DNA from: Candidatus Hydrogenedentota bacterium
GTDB taxonomy: Bacteria; Hydrogenedentota; Hydrogenedentia; Hydrogenedentales; SLHB01
NCBI GenBank assembly: GCA_045863335.1
Contig: BTVY01000052.1
Location: 1 to 44,045, forward strand
Length of the DNA stretch: 44,045 nucleotides
Direction of reading: 5' to 3'
The notes below the pieces were generated by a model. That model searched no databases and had not been told where the DNA came from. It was given only the letters and a program-made list of their open reading frames with translations. Below, in pieces: positions 42,480 through 44,045 of the stretch (its first letter is position 1; the number at the start of each line of letters is the position of its first letter). The translations under genes and the position numbers were made by a program.

Positions 42480-42914
42480 TCATTTCCTGGTTGATATGAC
42501 AGCCACGCGCCCACCCATTGACAGGCCCATGGCGGGCACGCAAACACGCCGCCAATACGGCACGTTTGCGTGCAAATCTTCATTGGCAGCCACAAAGATG
42601 ATGGTAACCAGTAAGACGCAGTCGGTCCTCGCTTCAATAGTGTGCACTTTCCCGCCCTCGATGTGGAGCCAATTCCCGGCGCGCAATGCCCGCGGCTCCG
42701 ATTTCACAAAGAAAACCGCGTCCCCTCGAAGACAGTGCACGGCGATCGGGCCATTTACCTTGTGGGGCGGCACGGTGCTCCCCGCACGGATGAATAGCCG
42801 GACGGTTTCAAAGTGCTTTGCCTTCATGAGCGCAATAGTATGCGTATCCGTTTTTTCCCCGCCGTACGTCTTCAAGTCGATGACTTCACCGGGTTCCGCA
42901 TGTTTTATAGCCAT
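42480..42914 (-). CDS. Small cupin domain protein, paralogue of 22368-22712
   Basis: MAIKHAEPGEVIDL, HKV.GPI.VHCL.G and GG.VH motifs; C-terminal ~35 aa look like read-through. Confidence 0.8.
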   Translation of the reverse strand: MAIKHAEPGEVIDLKTYGGEKTDTHTIALMKAKHFETVRLFIRAGSTVPPHKVNGPIAVHCLRGDAVFFVKSEPRALRAGNWLHIEGGKVHTIEARTDCVLLVTIIFVAANEDLHANVPYWRRVCVPAMGLSMGGRVAVISTRK

Positions 42915-43106
42915 TACTTTGTCTCTTCCGCATCTGTGTTCGCCCTGATCAAGTACTGCAGGCCGATTACGATTGGGAAACCATTTCCTTGTTAACGCGA
43001 TTGTTCGATAGCGCGCACGCCGGGCGCCGCTTCCAACGGCTTTTTTGCGATGCCACGACGCCGCCAACACCGCGCTATAGGGTCAACAGAAACAAGGTGG
43101 CATTCT

Positions 43107-43273
43107 ATTCGGGCCGGCCGGGCATGCGCGGGAGAATCTTGGCCTTACCTGCCCTCCGGCCCTCGCGAGACCGGTCCCGGTAAAGCCTTGCTACGGCGCT
43201 ACTTCCACGAGAAGCGGCAATGTGCTGAACCCGCTTGCAGGGTACGCGGCCCGCTTCGCCGGCCGGGCCGAGT
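43107..43273 (-). ncRNA. Candidate structured RNA or ssDNA element (unassigned)
   Basis: Nested complementary segments paired by eye: terminal stem, UACC(C)UGC/GCAGGUA, AAGCGG/CCGCUU, and a CCGGUC..GCGA..GGCCGG hairpin. Confidence 0.35.
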
Positions 43274-43424
43274 TTAATTTGATTCGAGTAGTGCTCCGAA
43301 GGAGCTCCTCCAGGGTTACCCATAATTCCACCCTAGCCAGCGGAGTATCAAGAACAGGCAAACTTTCTGGGAGATCTTGACATCATGTTAACCAATCGCC
43401 GTTTAGTCAGTTTTCTCATTTTGA

Positions 43425-43497
43425 TCCCCGAGCAAGACTCGAACTTGCGACCCGCTGGTTAATCCCGCGTGCCGCGGGACTCTACCAACTGAGCTAT
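43425..43497 (-). pseudogene. Pseudo-tRNA-Asn copy whose 3' end is split by the island
   Basis: tRNA nt 7-24, a 17-nt hairpin (43463-79), then nt 35-72; the remaining GCCA is at 19158-19161. Confidence 0.9.
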
Positions 43498-43760
43498 TCA
43501 CCGTTCCCGAGTTTCAGGTCGTCCAGATAGCGGCCGATGCCGCGCTTCTTGATCTTCTTCTCCAACGCCATGGCCTCGGCGCGCGTGGCGGACTCGTTTT
43601 GCCAGACGAGTTCCCAAGGACCCTCGAAGCGTTTCGTGGTTTTCGAGCCGTGGTAGTTGGGGTCGTTGTGTTCGGCGACTCGGCGGGCCACGTTGTCGGA
43701 GAACCCGCAGTAGTAGCGGCCGGACGTGGCGCTACGCAGAATGTAGGTCCAGTAGGGCAT
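43494..43760 (-). CDS. Small GIY-YIG nuclease family protein, copy 1
   Basis: Same 88-aa sequence as 18784-19050; its TAG stop is nt 8-10 of the following pseudo-tRNA. Confidence 0.9.
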   Translation of the reverse strand: MPYWTYILRSATSGRYYCGFSDNVARRVAEHNDPNYHGSKTTKRFEGPWELVWQNESATRAEAMALEKKIKKRGIGRYLDDLKLGNGE

Positions 43761-43779
43761 GGGGTTGCTCTTTGCCTGG

Positions 43780-43817
43780 AAAAAAGCGCCCCGATCCAGT
43801 TTTCACCGGACCGGGGC
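43780..43817 (-). terminator. Intrinsic terminator between tRNA-Asn and GIY-YIG copy 1
   Basis: GCCCCGGTCCGGT-GAAA-ACTGGATCGGGGC followed by GCTTTTTT. Confidence 0.78.
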
Positions 43818-43867
43818 ATATATGCATAAACCCCGGCTAAAAGTTACTGCCGCCGAGGGAAGGCATA

Positions 43868-43943
43868 TGGCTCCCCGAGCAAGACTCGAACTTGCGACCC
43901 GCTGGTTAACAGCCAGCTGCTCTACCAACTGAGCTATCGGGGA
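43868..43943 (-). tRNA. tRNA-Asn (GTT)
   Basis: TCCCCGATAGCTCAGTTGGTAGAGCAGCTGGCTGTTAACCAGCGGGTCGCAAGTTCGAGTCTTGCTCGGGGAGCCA; 76 nt, complete cloverleaf, encoded CCA. Confidence 0.98.
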
Positions 43944-44045
43944 TTAAACTTGGTTCCGACGCTGCTGGTTAATCCCGCTTGAAGGCGGGACTCTACCAAC
44001 TGAGCTATCGGGGATTAAACTTGGTTCCGACGCTGCTGGTTAATC
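43920..44045 (-). repeat. 71-bp tandem repeat of tRNA leader + tRNA 5' half + hairpin, running off the window end
   Basis: Unit = 20-nt leader AGCGTCGGAACCAAGTTTAA + tRNA nt 1-24 + TCCCGCCTTCAAGCGGGA + nt 35-43; period 71 (43943 vs 44014). Confidence 0.9.

Larger units (their letters stand above)
19165..43424. mobile_element. ~24.3-kb genomic island inserted in the 3' end of a pseudo-tRNA-Asn; no integrase visible
   Basis: Left junction TGGCTCC| (tRNA nt 70-76) and right junction |TCCCCGAGCAAG (tRNA to nt 72) overlap by TCC; removing the interval restores one array unit. Accessory stress genes, gene remnants, and visibly more AT-rich sequence (not computed). Confidence 0.85.
43435..43874. 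repeat. 440-bp direct repeat, right copy (partner 18725-19164)
   Basis: Appears identical on direct comparison. Confidence 0.95.

Noticed and set aside
43377-43410. Outward-facing promoter at the island end (TTGACA at 43377)
   Set aside because: No acceptable -10 hexamer at 16-18 bp spacing.
43425-43497. Intron-containing or functional tRNA
   Set aside because: The hairpin replaces nt 25-34 instead of interrupting an intact sequence, and the 5' acceptor strand is missing, so splicing could not restore a tRNA.
43920-44045. CRISPR array
   Set aside because: Units are tRNA-derived, there are no unique spacers of typical length, and no cas genes occur in the window.

Overview
GC-rich bacterial chromosomal window with three parts. 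(1) 1-18.5 kb holds mostly ordinary genes: TolB-like lipoprotein, Ser/Thr kinase-TPR-WD40, GH120-like beta-helix hydrolase, SWIM-SNF2 ATPase, Tat-exported Gfo/Idh/MocA, furA-katG, and an AraC-controlled cupin/SDR/tautomerase/DUF2255 cassette. (2) A minus-strand tandem array is built on tRNA-Asn(GTT) at 43868-43943. Upstream are 71-bp repeats of the tRNA 5' half. Downstream are ~447-bp units of [terminator-containing spacer + 88-aa GIY-YIG gene + pseudo-tRNA]. In every fully visible derived copy, tRNA nt 25-34 are replaced by a TCCCGC-N-GCGGGA hairpin. (3) A ~24.3-kb island (19165-43424) sits in the acceptor stem of one pseudo-tRNA (3-bp TCC core), leaving the real tRNA intact. It has no integrase. 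It carries two inward-facing redox/nitrosative-stress operons (Rrf2, Ric, hemerythrin, DUF488 x2, cupin x2, AhpD x2, P450, NDH-2, PTS EI, FMN-binding protein, FNR-like reductase, AcnA, cyt b-Moco fusion), a TetR-Rnk fusion with two more Rnk paralogues, and a candidate structured RNA. The best candidate for an undescribed system is the tRNA/pseudo-tRNA/GIY-YIG array. All calls come from reading motifs by eye; no searches or folding programs were run.
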